Source of the DNA: a virus
Lineage: Duplodnaviria > Heunggongvirae > Uroviricota > Caudoviricetes
Length of the DNA: 64,000 nt
Strand: one strand, 5' to 3'
IMG/VR virus record: IMGVR_UViG_3300044641_000519
The stretch's first letter is position 1; each line of letters begins with the position of its first letter. The position numbers and the translations under genes are program-made. Below the pieces are notes generated by a model, which searched no databases, had not been told where the DNA came from, and worked only from the letters and a program-made list of their open reading frames with translations. Of the stretch, positions 18,001-25,446 are shown piece by piece.

Positions 18001-20290
18001 CACTAGATCCACTTGTTGCACTTGTGCCACTAGTTCCTGCTGTACCACTAGATCCAGATGTAGCTGATGTACCAGATGTAGCAGATGAACCTGACGTACC
18101 TGACGTACCAGAACTTCCATTTGTTCCACTAGTTCCACTTGATCCACTAGTTCCAGAAGAAGCAGAGGTTCCACTTGATCCACTAGTACCAGAAGTGCCA
18201 GATGATCCAGATGTTGCTGAAGTACCACTAGATCCACTTGTTCCAGCTGTACCTGATGATCCACTAGTACCACTAGTACCGCTTGATCCATTAGTACCAG
18301 AAGTTCCAGACGTGCCAGAACTACCACTGGTAGCACTTGTTCCACTGGTGCCTGTTGTACCAGACGTACCAGAAGAGCCAGAGCTTCCACTTGTACCAGA
18401 GCTAGCTGACGTACCACTTGATCCATTAGTGCCAGCTGTACCAGCACTTCCAGATGTACCTGCTGTACCATCTCCACCAGATGCACCATCTAGATTGACA
18501 GTCCATGTACTATATGTACCAGAGCCTACAGTTCTGCTAGGAGCACCAAACTGAAGGGCTCCTGTATTAATATCATAAGAAATTACCTCACATTCTTGGA
18601 AATTTGCACTATCATACACTATGATGATAGACTGTGCTACTGTGTAGGCTAGTCCTGTACCAACTATGAGTGTCCCAGCGTTTCCTAATGTAAAAGATGT
18701 ATTTGATGTTGTTGCATATCTATCACCACTTAAACCAGCAGTTCCAGATGATCCAGAAGAACCAGATGTTCCTGAAGAAGCTGACGTACCTGAAGAAGCA
18801 GATGTACCACTAGTGGCACTTGTACCACTAGAACCTGATGTACCAGAGGTTGCACTTGTACCACTTGAGCCTGACGTTCCACTAGACCCAGATGTACCTG
18901 AAGATGCAGATGTACCACTGCTACCACTAGTTCCACTTGTACCACTACTACCACTTGTTCCAGAAGTTGCACTTGTTCCTGAACTTCCAGAAGTGGCTGA
19001 AGTTCCACTTGATCCACTGGTAGCACTAGTTCCACTAGAACCACTTGTTCCAGATGTTCCACTAGAGCCAGAAGATCCAGACGTAGCTGATGTACCACTA
19101 GACCCAGAGCTAGCACTTGTTCCACTTGTTCCAGAAGATCCACTTGTTGCAGACGTTCCAGAAGTTCCTGTTGTACCAGAAGACCCATCTGTACCAGATG
19201 TGCCACTAGTTCCAGTTGTACCTGATGACCCTGATGTACCAGAACTTCCATCAGTTCCTGAGGAACCTGATGTACCTGCTGTACCAAAATAGTTTCCTAA
19301 ACTACCATCACCTCTTATATATTGAGCAGTTGTACCATTTGCTATGACGTTGATTGTACCATTTGTTCCTGTTGCAGGGGCTCCCACTGTAAATGCTGAA
19401 GGCATAGTTAATCCTACAGAAACAAGAGTACCTACTGACCAACCTCTGTTAGCAGATAAATTATATGTAACATTATTAATTGTAAGTGTTCTAGTACTAG
19501 GAACAGGTACATATCCTAATACAGATTCAATATCAAGATTTGTAATAGGAGCAGCTGATGTAACTAATCCTTTTCCATTTACACCAAACTTTAAGAAAGT
19601 ATTACTTCCATAAATATTACTATTAACTGGTGCCAAAGTAAGAGTTACAGGAGATCCTGTCGTACCAGAACCTGTTACATCTCCTACAAAAGATAAAGAT
19701 GCAGAAGGAACAGATATAGTTACAGGAGTTATATTTGTAACACGTCCTTTACCATCCACAGTTACTCTAGGAACTTGTGTAGAAGAACCATATGTACCAG
19801 GAGCAGTATTAACTGTTGCTAATGTTAGCACAGCAGATCCAGGACCTGTTGCTGTACCATCTCCTGTTAAAGCAGAAATATAGTTTCCAGCAGGTTGATA
19901 TGGTGTATTATCTAAGCTACCATCACCCTTAACAAAATCTGAAGACGTACCACCAATTGTAACATGTTTACCAGCATATAAATCTCCTGTATATGTTAAA
20001 TCAAAACCTGCTGCTGTAATAATTGTATCATTATTCATAGTGCCACCAAGACCTACAGGTAATCCTGGTCCAGATTGAAAAACACCATTATTAAATAAAT
20101 ATCCTATTGCAGCTTCCTGAAACTTAGCATCTATTTTTTGTAGAGCAGTTTGGATGCTATCATTAGTATTGATGCCAGTGTATACTAAGTTAGCACCTTC
20201 GTAAAATACGCAAGTGGAATTCAGTATGACTGGACATGGTTCAGGGGAACAAAATACTGGAACTGATTCAGAAGAGCAAGATGGATCCAT
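12059..20290 (-). CDS. giant tail fibre (2743 aa) with N-terminal Cys-rich adaptor module, phage tail-fibre repeats, three collagen-like blocks, FN3-like segment
   Basis: N-terminus MDPSCSSESVPVFCSPEPCP...YTGINTNDSIQTALQKID shared with two other proteins; ...TAPGTYGSSTQVPRVTVDGKGRVTNITPVTI matches the classical phage tail fibre repeat (G.Y..VTVD.KGRVT); GATGYRVYKSN is FN3-like; ~900 residues of GTS/GSS triplets. Confidence 0.8.
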   Translation of the reverse strand: MDPSCSSESVPVFCSPEPCPVILNSTCVFYEGANLVYTGINTNDSIQTALQKIDAKFQEAAIGYLFNNGVFQSGPGLPVGLGGTMNNDTIITAAGFDLTYTGDLYAGKHVTIGGTSSDFVKGDGSLDNTPYQPAGNYISALTGDGTATGPGSAVLTLATVNTAPGTYGSSTQVPRVTVDGKGRVTNITPVTISVPSASLSFVGDVTGSGTTGSPVTLTLAPVNSNIYGSNTFLKFGVNGKGLVTSAAPITNLDIESVLGYVPVPSTRTLTINNVTYNLSANRGWSVGTLVSVGLTMPSAFTVGAPATGTNGTINVIANGTTAQYIRGDGSLGNYFGTAGTSGSSGTDGSSGTSGSSGTTGTSGTSGTDGSSGTTGTSGTSATSGSSGTSGTSASSGSSGTSATSGSSGSSGTSGTSGSSGTSATSGSSGTSATSGSSGTSATSGTSGSSGTSGTSGSSGTSASSGTSGSSGTSGSSGTSATSGTSGSSGTSATSGTSASSGTSASSGTSGSSGSSGTAGLSGDRYATTSNTSFTLGNAGTLIVGTGLAYTVAQSIIIVYDSANFQECEVISYDINTGALQFGAPSRTVGSGTYSTWTVNLDGASGGDGTAGTSGSAGTAGTNGSSGTSASSGTSGSSGSSGTSGTTGTSGTSATSGSSGTSGTSGTNGSSGTSGTSGSSGTAGTSGSSGTSATSGSSGTSGTSGSSGTSASSGTSGSSGTSGTNGSSGTSGTSGSSATSGTSATSGSSGTAGTSGTSATSGSSGTSGTDGSSGTSGTSGTSGSSGTNGSSGTTGTSGTSATSGTSGTSGSSGTGGTSGTNGSSGTSGTSGTSGSSGTVGTSGTSGTAGSSGTSATAGTSATSGTSATSGTSGSSGTSGTSGSSGTSATAGSSGTSATSGSSGTSASSGTSGSSGTTGTSGSSGTSATSGTSGSSGSSGTNGSSGTSGSTGTSGTSATSGTSASSGTSGSSGTSGTSGSSGTSATSGSSGSSGTSGSSGTSGTNGSSGTSATSGSSGTSATSGSSGTSGTKGTSGTSATSGTSGSTGTSGTSGSSGTSGTNGSSGTSATSGSSGTSATSGSSATSGTSATSGSSGTSATSGSSGTSGTNGSSGTSGTSASSGTSGSSGTSGTSGTSGSSGTSGTAGSSGVSGVAGGLLYYLNQSVNTNSAFGTPTYKEWSPIGTGAAEQTVVLSVTQNVRTLIATYATDSGVPNATNLPSGNWAWVTHFSINANVNVAVDIELYKYTTGGTSTLLGVTNLDTESLSSGVIKEFFTDLFLGQTALNATDRLYCQIYAQHNGGSANTITFYTEGTSNYSYAQTTFNPPSGTSGTSGANGTSGTSGTSGSSGTSASSGSSGSSGTSGTKGTSGTSATSGTSGSSGTSGTSGSSGTSATSGTSGSSGTSATSGSSGTAGTSGSSGSSATSGTSGSSGTSATSGSSGSSGTNGSSGTNGSSGTSGTSASSGTSGSTGTSGSSGTSGTKGTSGTSGTSATSGSSGSSGTSGTSGSSGTAGTNGSSGSSGTSGSTGTSGSSGTSGTKGTSGTSGTSGTSASSGSSGTSGTSGSSGTAGTNGSSGSSGTSGSSGTSATSGSSGSSGTSGTSGSSGTSGTSGSSGTAGSSGTAGTSGSSGTSVAVSGTTNTVAKFTSATTIGNSNITDNGTLITLGSDTAINGFTSGTVTKVLPAGNNFGSLENGASGNFTGSANGWNIISRQTWNINDDAFTYNGLTANDTRIIVNRSTTSGNGYVAFQGLINNSGTATQGAQYGIFIAVTQGNGNFGTVVGYKTGSTGPPTNTGTYTNYIGFETAFLPQNIANFYGLNINDHTATTISRAVNLNLSAGTGKFNIYAGGTADNYLAGALGIGTTSLTGYSLFVAKNITGASTAYGIAQAGFVLSDVTTNVFSNLSQLNTQAASFTLGTYFHYFATQGTIGAGSNITTQVGFAISSSMTGAGTNIAFQGQIPSGTNRWNLYMNGTAANYLAGDTGIGTTTLGTATQLTVGGTETAVSAISRGQLINTTLVASANGDNLVGLDIAPTFSVGAFTGVNLYAIRVAGTIVPSSSALFSLGNPSFNFIQGHIRQFLSSGTSGFEFYPAFATKSGQWFTTGNLLLQNGGTFTDAGFRLDVTGTTRLNGQATITGSTTAASGLAIGTIVTSTLVASANNDALVGLDINPTFTNGAFANNLNVAIRSLNHAAKFSKLLIGSLTVPTLNSAVGSASGGTLPAATYFYRIVAYDTEGLLTTGSNELSVVTTGSTSSVALSWSLVQGATGYRVYKSNVSNSYSSYISVFGVNTTTLTDTNQAVTSGTIPAVNNSSYGLFDSTRLRTNNITLVNNGIGQVASLTFEKSTDGASMNVVEYANDQTMYEFKLTDNPDTVQDFFHWFVGDWQNASSGWKPLKFAGFTSQFVGQNSNFWSSFSLPASTPYFTTNPDNLANATIKGDPYTSTTYNLVKDNGSGTGTLNVDVTGFTGSSNRIYWVTITSSTTFNWGLGSWTGTPSGTNVTITGAFQTLDSGVQVRLSVSGQLAGDRWAFRAFPVPRMGIGTTTPTAPFQVSTTVRPTSGTARGVFFNPTLVATANNDTLVGLDINPTFTNGAFTGVTNTAIRVAGNIIPSTDNTRTLGLSNFRWNNIYSAVIVVPSIYTRGIYSDTAAGVSILSNGGTRWSQWFETTGNLLIQNGGTYTEIPSARLAVNSTTQGFLPPRMTAAQRLAIASPETGLIVYQTDGVEGLWVKTSTSWREFTFI
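15340..19290 (-). repeat. coding collagen-like triplet repeat tracts (three blocks) in the 2743-aa fibre gene
   Basis: same periodic repeat family as 10775-11965; generates long antisense shadow ORFs (PLVPLVP...). Confidence 0.8.
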
Positions 20291-20442
20291 ATATTAATAA
20301 TAATAATGTATAAGTAATTGATATACAAATAGGTGTACACTCTAGTAAAATGTACACCTATATACGCAAAAATAGCGAATTTAATTTAGTTTCAATGAGT
20401 TAGGATAATTATTCCTACATAATATAGCAATAACTATGCTAT
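20291..20442 (-). promoter_or_regulatory. intergenic region upstream of the fibre operon: small post-stop hairpin (20424-20442), Bacteroidota-style -7-like box (TATTTTTG, minus strand) and an inverted repeat GGTGTACA-N11-TGTACACC (20332-20358) in the leader
   Basis: only 152-nt gap between the cargo-protein block and the fibre genes; AT-rich; TAnnTTTG-type motif read on the minus strand; perfect 8-bp inverted repeat between the box and the ATG. Confidence 0.35.
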
Positions 20443-23400
20443 TTATTTACCAAATGGTTTAGCCTCAGATTGTGCTTTCATACCAAGATCTTTAGCTATA
20501 TCTGGATAGAACATTAACAGAACAGCATCTACTTGTGAAGCTATAGGGAATCCTTTTAATAAGTATTTAACCACTTGAGTTTTCTTTGCTAACTCTTCAT
20601 CTCCTACACCTAGAGCATACATCTCTGTACCAAAGTTTACAAATAGCTTCTTAAAGTTTTCTAAGTAACTTATTGCTGGGAAGATACCTGAGGTGGTTAG
20701 GCCTAAGAAGGATGTTGGATTGTAGAAATAAGCAACCTCATCTCGTATTTTATCCATCACTCTAAGCATATACTTATATCTATTCTTTGTGGCTTTATCA
20801 TCATCATCTCCTGGTTCTACTGCTTTGGCTCCTATGATTAGTGTAGACAATGTAAGATAGAACATGAAGTCTGTCATTTGGTTACGTATGTTATTACTTA
20901 CCAATTCTACAAACTCTCCTTCTGTCATCCTTAGTTCTTTACCTGTGTCCTTCTCATAGTCAGATCTTTTAGATTCATAAAGCTTCTTTATTTGATCGAC
21001 AAACTTTTGGTCATCTCCTTTTATAGAACTAATTAAGCTATCAACAGAACCCATAAAGTCTTCTGTTAGAAGTCTGAACATGTTTCTAGTTCTACCCCAC
21101 TCATACGCTTCTGTAGCTGAGTTATATTTTAAGTTACCAAATCTTACATCCACAAGTCTTGGTATCCAGTTTTTGAATACCATGAATGACTTACCATATA
21201 TATTTAAGTTAATCTTTCTAAGGTCATCCTCAGATAGATTACCTAACGCATCTTTAGTAATAGCCTGTACCTTTCTTCTAAGCTCAATTACACTATCAGA
21301 CTTTCTATTCAAGCCCTCCACTACAAGCTCATTATTTTCTACCTTAGCTAGTTTCAAAAAGCCTTTCTCATCAATTAGTCTTTTTACCTCTGACTCAAAC
21401 TTCTCTTTTAATTGACTTCTTTCTTGAACTGTGCCTGTAAACATATTAGCAAACTCTGGCTGTTTCTTAAGATATTCTCTTACATTAAATACCTTACCAT
21501 CTTCTACAATAGAGTTTTCTAAGTAGCTAAAGAAGTTAATAGACTGTACATATTGATCTCCAGTTCTCATCAAGATCATTAAGAAGTCTTGTATCCCTTC
21601 TTGGCTAAATTTACTAACAGACAACTCTTTAGCAAGGATGCTATTATAGTTTTCTGTCAAAGGTTGGAAGTATTGTAACGCTCCCATATATTTCTTAGAA
21701 TCTACACCATTCATTTTACCTGCCATCATAAATTCATTACGTACAAAGTCTGCCTTTGTAAAGAACTTACCAGCATTAATATAACTCTGGAAGCTACCAC
21801 CTAAGAAGTTTGATAGGGCTGAGATAGGATTCAATCCTAACGTCTTCATTTGGAATACAGTATTTAACTGTGTGATTGTTTTGTTCAAAGATATCTGAGC
21901 ATCATCATAGTCTTCAGTAAATATCTTTCTACCTAACACCTTATTTGCTCTTTTACCAAAGTTGCTTATGCCTCCTAATAGTTGGTCAAAGTTTTCACTC
22001 TCTACATACTTCTGACCATACACAATAGCTGCCATCATATCTCTTACAAGCTTAGTGTTATCAGAGTTATCTGATGTAGTCTCAAGTGTACCATCAGGTC
22101 TATACTTAGTTTTACCAAAGTAAGATGTCTTGATAGCCTCTTTGTTTCCTTCAGTCTTTACAATTAGGTTCAATTGGTTCTCAATATTGCTTAGATATTC
22201 ATAACGAATAGCCATATTGTTTAATAGGGTCATGTTTCTAAACAAGTCTTCACTTGCTTCTTCTACAGTTTCTCTAGTAAAGTATTTAGGAATAGAATAC
22301 ACTGGCTCTTTAGTAATAGGATCTATTTGACCATATCCCACATCACCTTCTGTAATAGTAATATTTCTTAAGAAAGATTCTCCCAATCTAAAATCACCAC
22401 CCATTACAATCTTCTCTGTAAGACTCTTTCTTATGAAAGGTAAAAACACCCTAGCATCAGCTTTATTAATATAACCAATTTGATCTAGGTATTCATTTCT
22501 TTTTCTGATATAATCAAAGAATGCTTTAGCTGGTATATTCTCATCTTTAGTAAGATTCTTCCATTCCTCTGATTCCCAAGTATCTCTTTTAGGATACTTC
22601 TTAACAAAGTCATAAAGTAGCCAACCAGGAGAATCAGAAGTAGATGTATTGTACAATGCATTTGTATCAGCTATTTCTCTTTTCTTATCTTTATTAATTG
22701 TTTCCTCGTCACCAAATCTAGTCTTATCTTCTATTCTCTTAAGTTCTTTTTCTTTTTGTTCACCCAAGAATTTATTGTACTCAGCTACATCAATGTTATC
22801 TCTAACCCATTGTGTATCTTTCTCAGCAATCTTACTCTTCAAAGTTTTATAGAACTCAGAATCAAACTCATTTATTAATTCATTACTTCCTTTCTTCTTG
22901 ATGATATCAAAGTAATTTTTATTTGTAAGTCCTTTACCTTTAGCCCACTTATCATACTTTTCTTTAATCTTTAATAACTCAGCACCTTGTTCTGATGTTT
23001 CAATAGATGCAAGACCAAACGCTCTGTTAGCCATCTTATATAAAATCTCAGTAGACTTAAGCTGAATGATAGATGTAGAGTTGAATAACTTACTAAACCC
23101 TTTAATAACCTTTTCAGGTTTTAAATAGTCCAAAACATTTGCATCCTTAGCAATAACATTCTCAGCAAAGTCTTTTCTCACTTCTTCAAGATCAGCCTCA
23201 AGTTCATTTGCACTTTCTGCAGTGTCTCTAATGTCTTGCCATATTGCTTGATCCTTCTCAGACATATCTTTTTTAAACACACTCTTTAAGTCTGTTGCCA
23301 AAGATGTATAAACCATTAGAGACGTTTCATAAGATAGGATTCTATCAGATAGTTCACTCTTTTGTTTATCTGTAAATGATCCAGCATCTTTACCTTTCCA

Positions 23401-25446
23401 CTCATTGTTATATGTATCTATAACTCTTTGAACATCAGCATTTAATAACTTAGCTTGTCTAACAAGAGGTTCAACGTTCTGTCTGATTTGTAATTGTCTA
23501 ATAGACTCATACAATGCATTTAACAACTCAGCCTTATTTCTTTTCTCTTCAGGAGTAGCTTTCTTAGAAGATATAGTATCATATATCTTATTTAACTTCT
23601 CAATCAAAGTATCTACCTTCTTATTACCAGTCTTCTCAGTTTCTAATCCTACAGGTAGTAAGTATGCTAGTTCCTCTTTCTTTAAATCTACATCTCCTAT
23701 TTGAACACCTGTTAATTGTGGTAGCACTCCTTCTTTAGGAATAGCTCCAGAATATATTGCTCTGATAGGAATCATTCTTGTCTGTTCAAAGTCTTCTGGC
23801 TTAACACCATATCCTTTTTCTACAATAGATTTGTATTGTTTCATCTGTTGTCTCCAACCACTAACCTTATACCAAGGAACATCTTTATATCTTTGAACAT
23901 TAAGGTCCATAAACTTCCAGTCTAAGATGCTTACCTTTCCTTCAGGAGTAACAGCAATAAAGTCTATAGTACCAGCTACATCACGTGATGCATCATATAC
24001 AGTCATCTCAGCAAGAAACTTTGTATTAGCAGGGAAGGTTTCCAAACGAGCTGCCATGTTTCTTTTAAGAATGTTATACATATCCTTGTTCTTAGGATTC
24101 AACTCAGATACATATCCATTATCATCAGGTCTTTCATTCTCAGGTCTTAATGTACCATCTTCATTTAAGAAATAGTTCTTAAGCATGTGCTCAATATCAG
24201 CATGTCCTGCTGTACCTTTTTCTTTCTTAAGATCATCTACAGCTTGGTCATACTCAGACTTAGTCAAATCTTTGTTAGCAAATCTTGTGCTATACCAATC
24301 CTTAACAAAGTCAGTAACTCTTCTTTTAATTCTATTGCCATTGATTAAATAGCCAGTGTCATCTTTTGTAATCTGATCACTAGTAAATCTTAGCTTATCA
24401 ATTATAACCTGTTGAGAATTAATGTTTTGTTGAAAATACACACCCTCAGCGTTTCTAATATCATCTACAGTTCCAATTTCTTCACCACCCAACACCATCA
24501 TTGCAGCTTGATCAAAGCCAGACTTAACAAATAATCCTTTGATAAATTCAACTATTTGATTCCACCAACCTTCTACACTAGCCAATAGTTCTGGCTTCTC
24601 TGTAGAACCTTCATTCTTTTTAATGATAGTCTCAGCTAATATTTTACCAATAGCTTCCACCTTTAACTTTCTGATGTTAGGTTTGCCATCAGCAGTTTGA
24701 TATTGTTTATACTTACCATATGTAGCTAGGACATCAGAGTACATTTTGTAACTGTTGATTTCTCCTAGTAACTTATTAAATAACTGAGGGTTCTTTTGCT
24801 CTAGTATTTCTACAACAAAGTGCATAGCTTCTTCTGTAAGAGCTACATCTTCTTTACCTTGAGTTACCTTTACAAGCTTTTGCATGATATCAGCAACACC
24901 ATTTACATCTTGCTTAACACCATCCACCTCTATGGCTTGTAGTGTTTTAATATCTACACCTATTCTATTTAAAAGATCTTTAACAAGACTTACAGTTTGA
25001 GGGGCTGCTTTAGAAGCAGGTATCTCTCCTGTTTGTAATAACACTGTGCTATCTCCATCAGAGTTAACACCAAATGTAGTGTCATTCTCAAGATCTAATC
25101 TATTAGCCTCAGGTATCTCAAGATCTAATTCAGCCAAAGCTTGGTCAAGCTCAGCTGCATCTTTTGCATTCAAAGCATCCAACTGCTTTACTGTAGGAGC
25201 AATAATAACTCCCATCTTATCTGAATATGCTTTGGGATAGAATACTTTCCCTAGGGCAATTTCAGAATTGATTGCTTTGTTAAGAGTATCTGCCACAGAA
25301 CGTGCCACTCCATAGTAGTTCTCAGGATTAACTTTCTCTCTAGGAGATGTCCTAACTTCTATAAAGTCCTTACCATCAAAGTTCAAGTAAGGCTTGTTCT
25401 GTACATATTTCTCAACTGCAGTTTTTATACCTGTTTGACAACTCAT
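20443..25446 (-). CDS. large (1667 aa) internal virion/cargo protein, Lys/Glu-rich
   Basis: translationally coupled (ATGA overlap) to the 3677-aa gene; position and size typical of ejected cargo proteins of crAss-like phages; weak PD-(D/E)xK-like IDFIAVTPEGKVSILDWK segment. Confidence 0.45.
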   Translation of the reverse strand: MSCQTGIKTAVEKYVQNKPYLNFDGKDFIEVRTSPREKVNPENYYGVARSVADTLNKAINSEIALGKVFYPKAYSDKMGVIIAPTVKQLDALNAKDAAELDQALAELDLEIPEANRLDLENDTTFGVNSDGDSTVLLQTGEIPASKAAPQTVSLVKDLLNRIGVDIKTLQAIEVDGVKQDVNGVADIMQKLVKVTQGKEDVALTEEAMHFVVEILEQKNPQLFNKLLGEINSYKMYSDVLATYGKYKQYQTADGKPNIRKLKVEAIGKILAETIIKKNEGSTEKPELLASVEGWWNQIVEFIKGLFVKSGFDQAAMMVLGGEEIGTVDDIRNAEGVYFQQNINSQQVIIDKLRFTSDQITKDDTGYLINGNRIKRRVTDFVKDWYSTRFANKDLTKSEYDQAVDDLKKEKGTAGHADIEHMLKNYFLNEDGTLRPENERPDDNGYVSELNPKNKDMYNILKRNMAARLETFPANTKFLAEMTVYDASRDVAGTIDFIAVTPEGKVSILDWKFMDLNVQRYKDVPWYKVSGWRQQMKQYKSIVEKGYGVKPEDFEQTRMIPIRAIYSGAIPKEGVLPQLTGVQIGDVDLKKEELAYLLPVGLETEKTGNKKVDTLIEKLNKIYDTISSKKATPEEKRNKAELLNALYESIRQLQIRQNVEPLVRQAKLLNADVQRVIDTYNNEWKGKDAGSFTDKQKSELSDRILSYETSLMVYTSLATDLKSVFKKDMSEKDQAIWQDIRDTAESANELEADLEEVRKDFAENVIAKDANVLDYLKPEKVIKGFSKLFNSTSIIQLKSTEILYKMANRAFGLASIETSEQGAELLKIKEKYDKWAKGKGLTNKNYFDIIKKKGSNELINEFDSEFYKTLKSKIAEKDTQWVRDNIDVAEYNKFLGEQKEKELKRIEDKTRFGDEETINKDKKREIADTNALYNTSTSDSPGWLLYDFVKKYPKRDTWESEEWKNLTKDENIPAKAFFDYIRKRNEYLDQIGYINKADARVFLPFIRKSLTEKIVMGGDFRLGESFLRNITITEGDVGYGQIDPITKEPVYSIPKYFTRETVEEASEDLFRNMTLLNNMAIRYEYLSNIENQLNLIVKTEGNKEAIKTSYFGKTKYRPDGTLETTSDNSDNTKLVRDMMAAIVYGQKYVESENFDQLLGGISNFGKRANKVLGRKIFTEDYDDAQISLNKTITQLNTVFQMKTLGLNPISALSNFLGGSFQSYINAGKFFTKADFVRNEFMMAGKMNGVDSKKYMGALQYFQPLTENYNSILAKELSVSKFSQEGIQDFLMILMRTGDQYVQSINFFSYLENSIVEDGKVFNVREYLKKQPEFANMFTGTVQERSQLKEKFESEVKRLIDEKGFLKLAKVENNELVVEGLNRKSDSVIELRRKVQAITKDALGNLSEDDLRKINLNIYGKSFMVFKNWIPRLVDVRFGNLKYNSATEAYEWGRTRNMFRLLTEDFMGSVDSLISSIKGDDQKFVDQIKKLYESKRSDYEKDTGKELRMTEGEFVELVSNNIRNQMTDFMFYLTLSTLIIGAKAVEPGDDDDKATKNRYKYMLRVMDKIRDEVAYFYNPTSFLGLTTSGIFPAISYLENFKKLFVNFGTEMYALGVGDEELAKKTQVVKYLLKGFPIASQVDAVLLMFYPDIAKDLGMKAQSEAKPFGK

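Noticed and set aside
10775-19290. Highly periodic repeats considered as a possible CRISPR array
   Set aside because: Repeat unit is 9/18 nt, degenerate, continuous without unique spacers, and lies inside long ORFs encoding Gly-X-Y protein repeats; no cas genes.
10891-19292. Long plus-strand ORFs (10891-11505, 11617-11979, 15417-16343, 16944-18554, 18666-19292) and minus-strand alternative-frame ORFs (11108-11440, 11636-11995, 15337-16287, 16843-18489, 18730-19287) encoding PLVPLVP... or LVQLVQ... low-complexity proteins
   Set aside because: They are shadow reading frames of the (GTS/GSS)n triplet repeats of the two fibre genes. Complement or frame-shifted triplets of ggt-acN-agt periodic DNA stay open by composition. 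The same applies to the poly-Val ORF 43646-44035 (antisense of poly-Thr) and to the other short plus-strand ORFs inside large minus-strand genes.
4433-20290. Diversity-generating retroelement targeting the variable fibres
   Set aside because: No reverse transcriptase ORF or template repeat/variable repeat pair with adenine-specific mismatches is present in the window; the variability mechanism visible here is repeat-mediated only.
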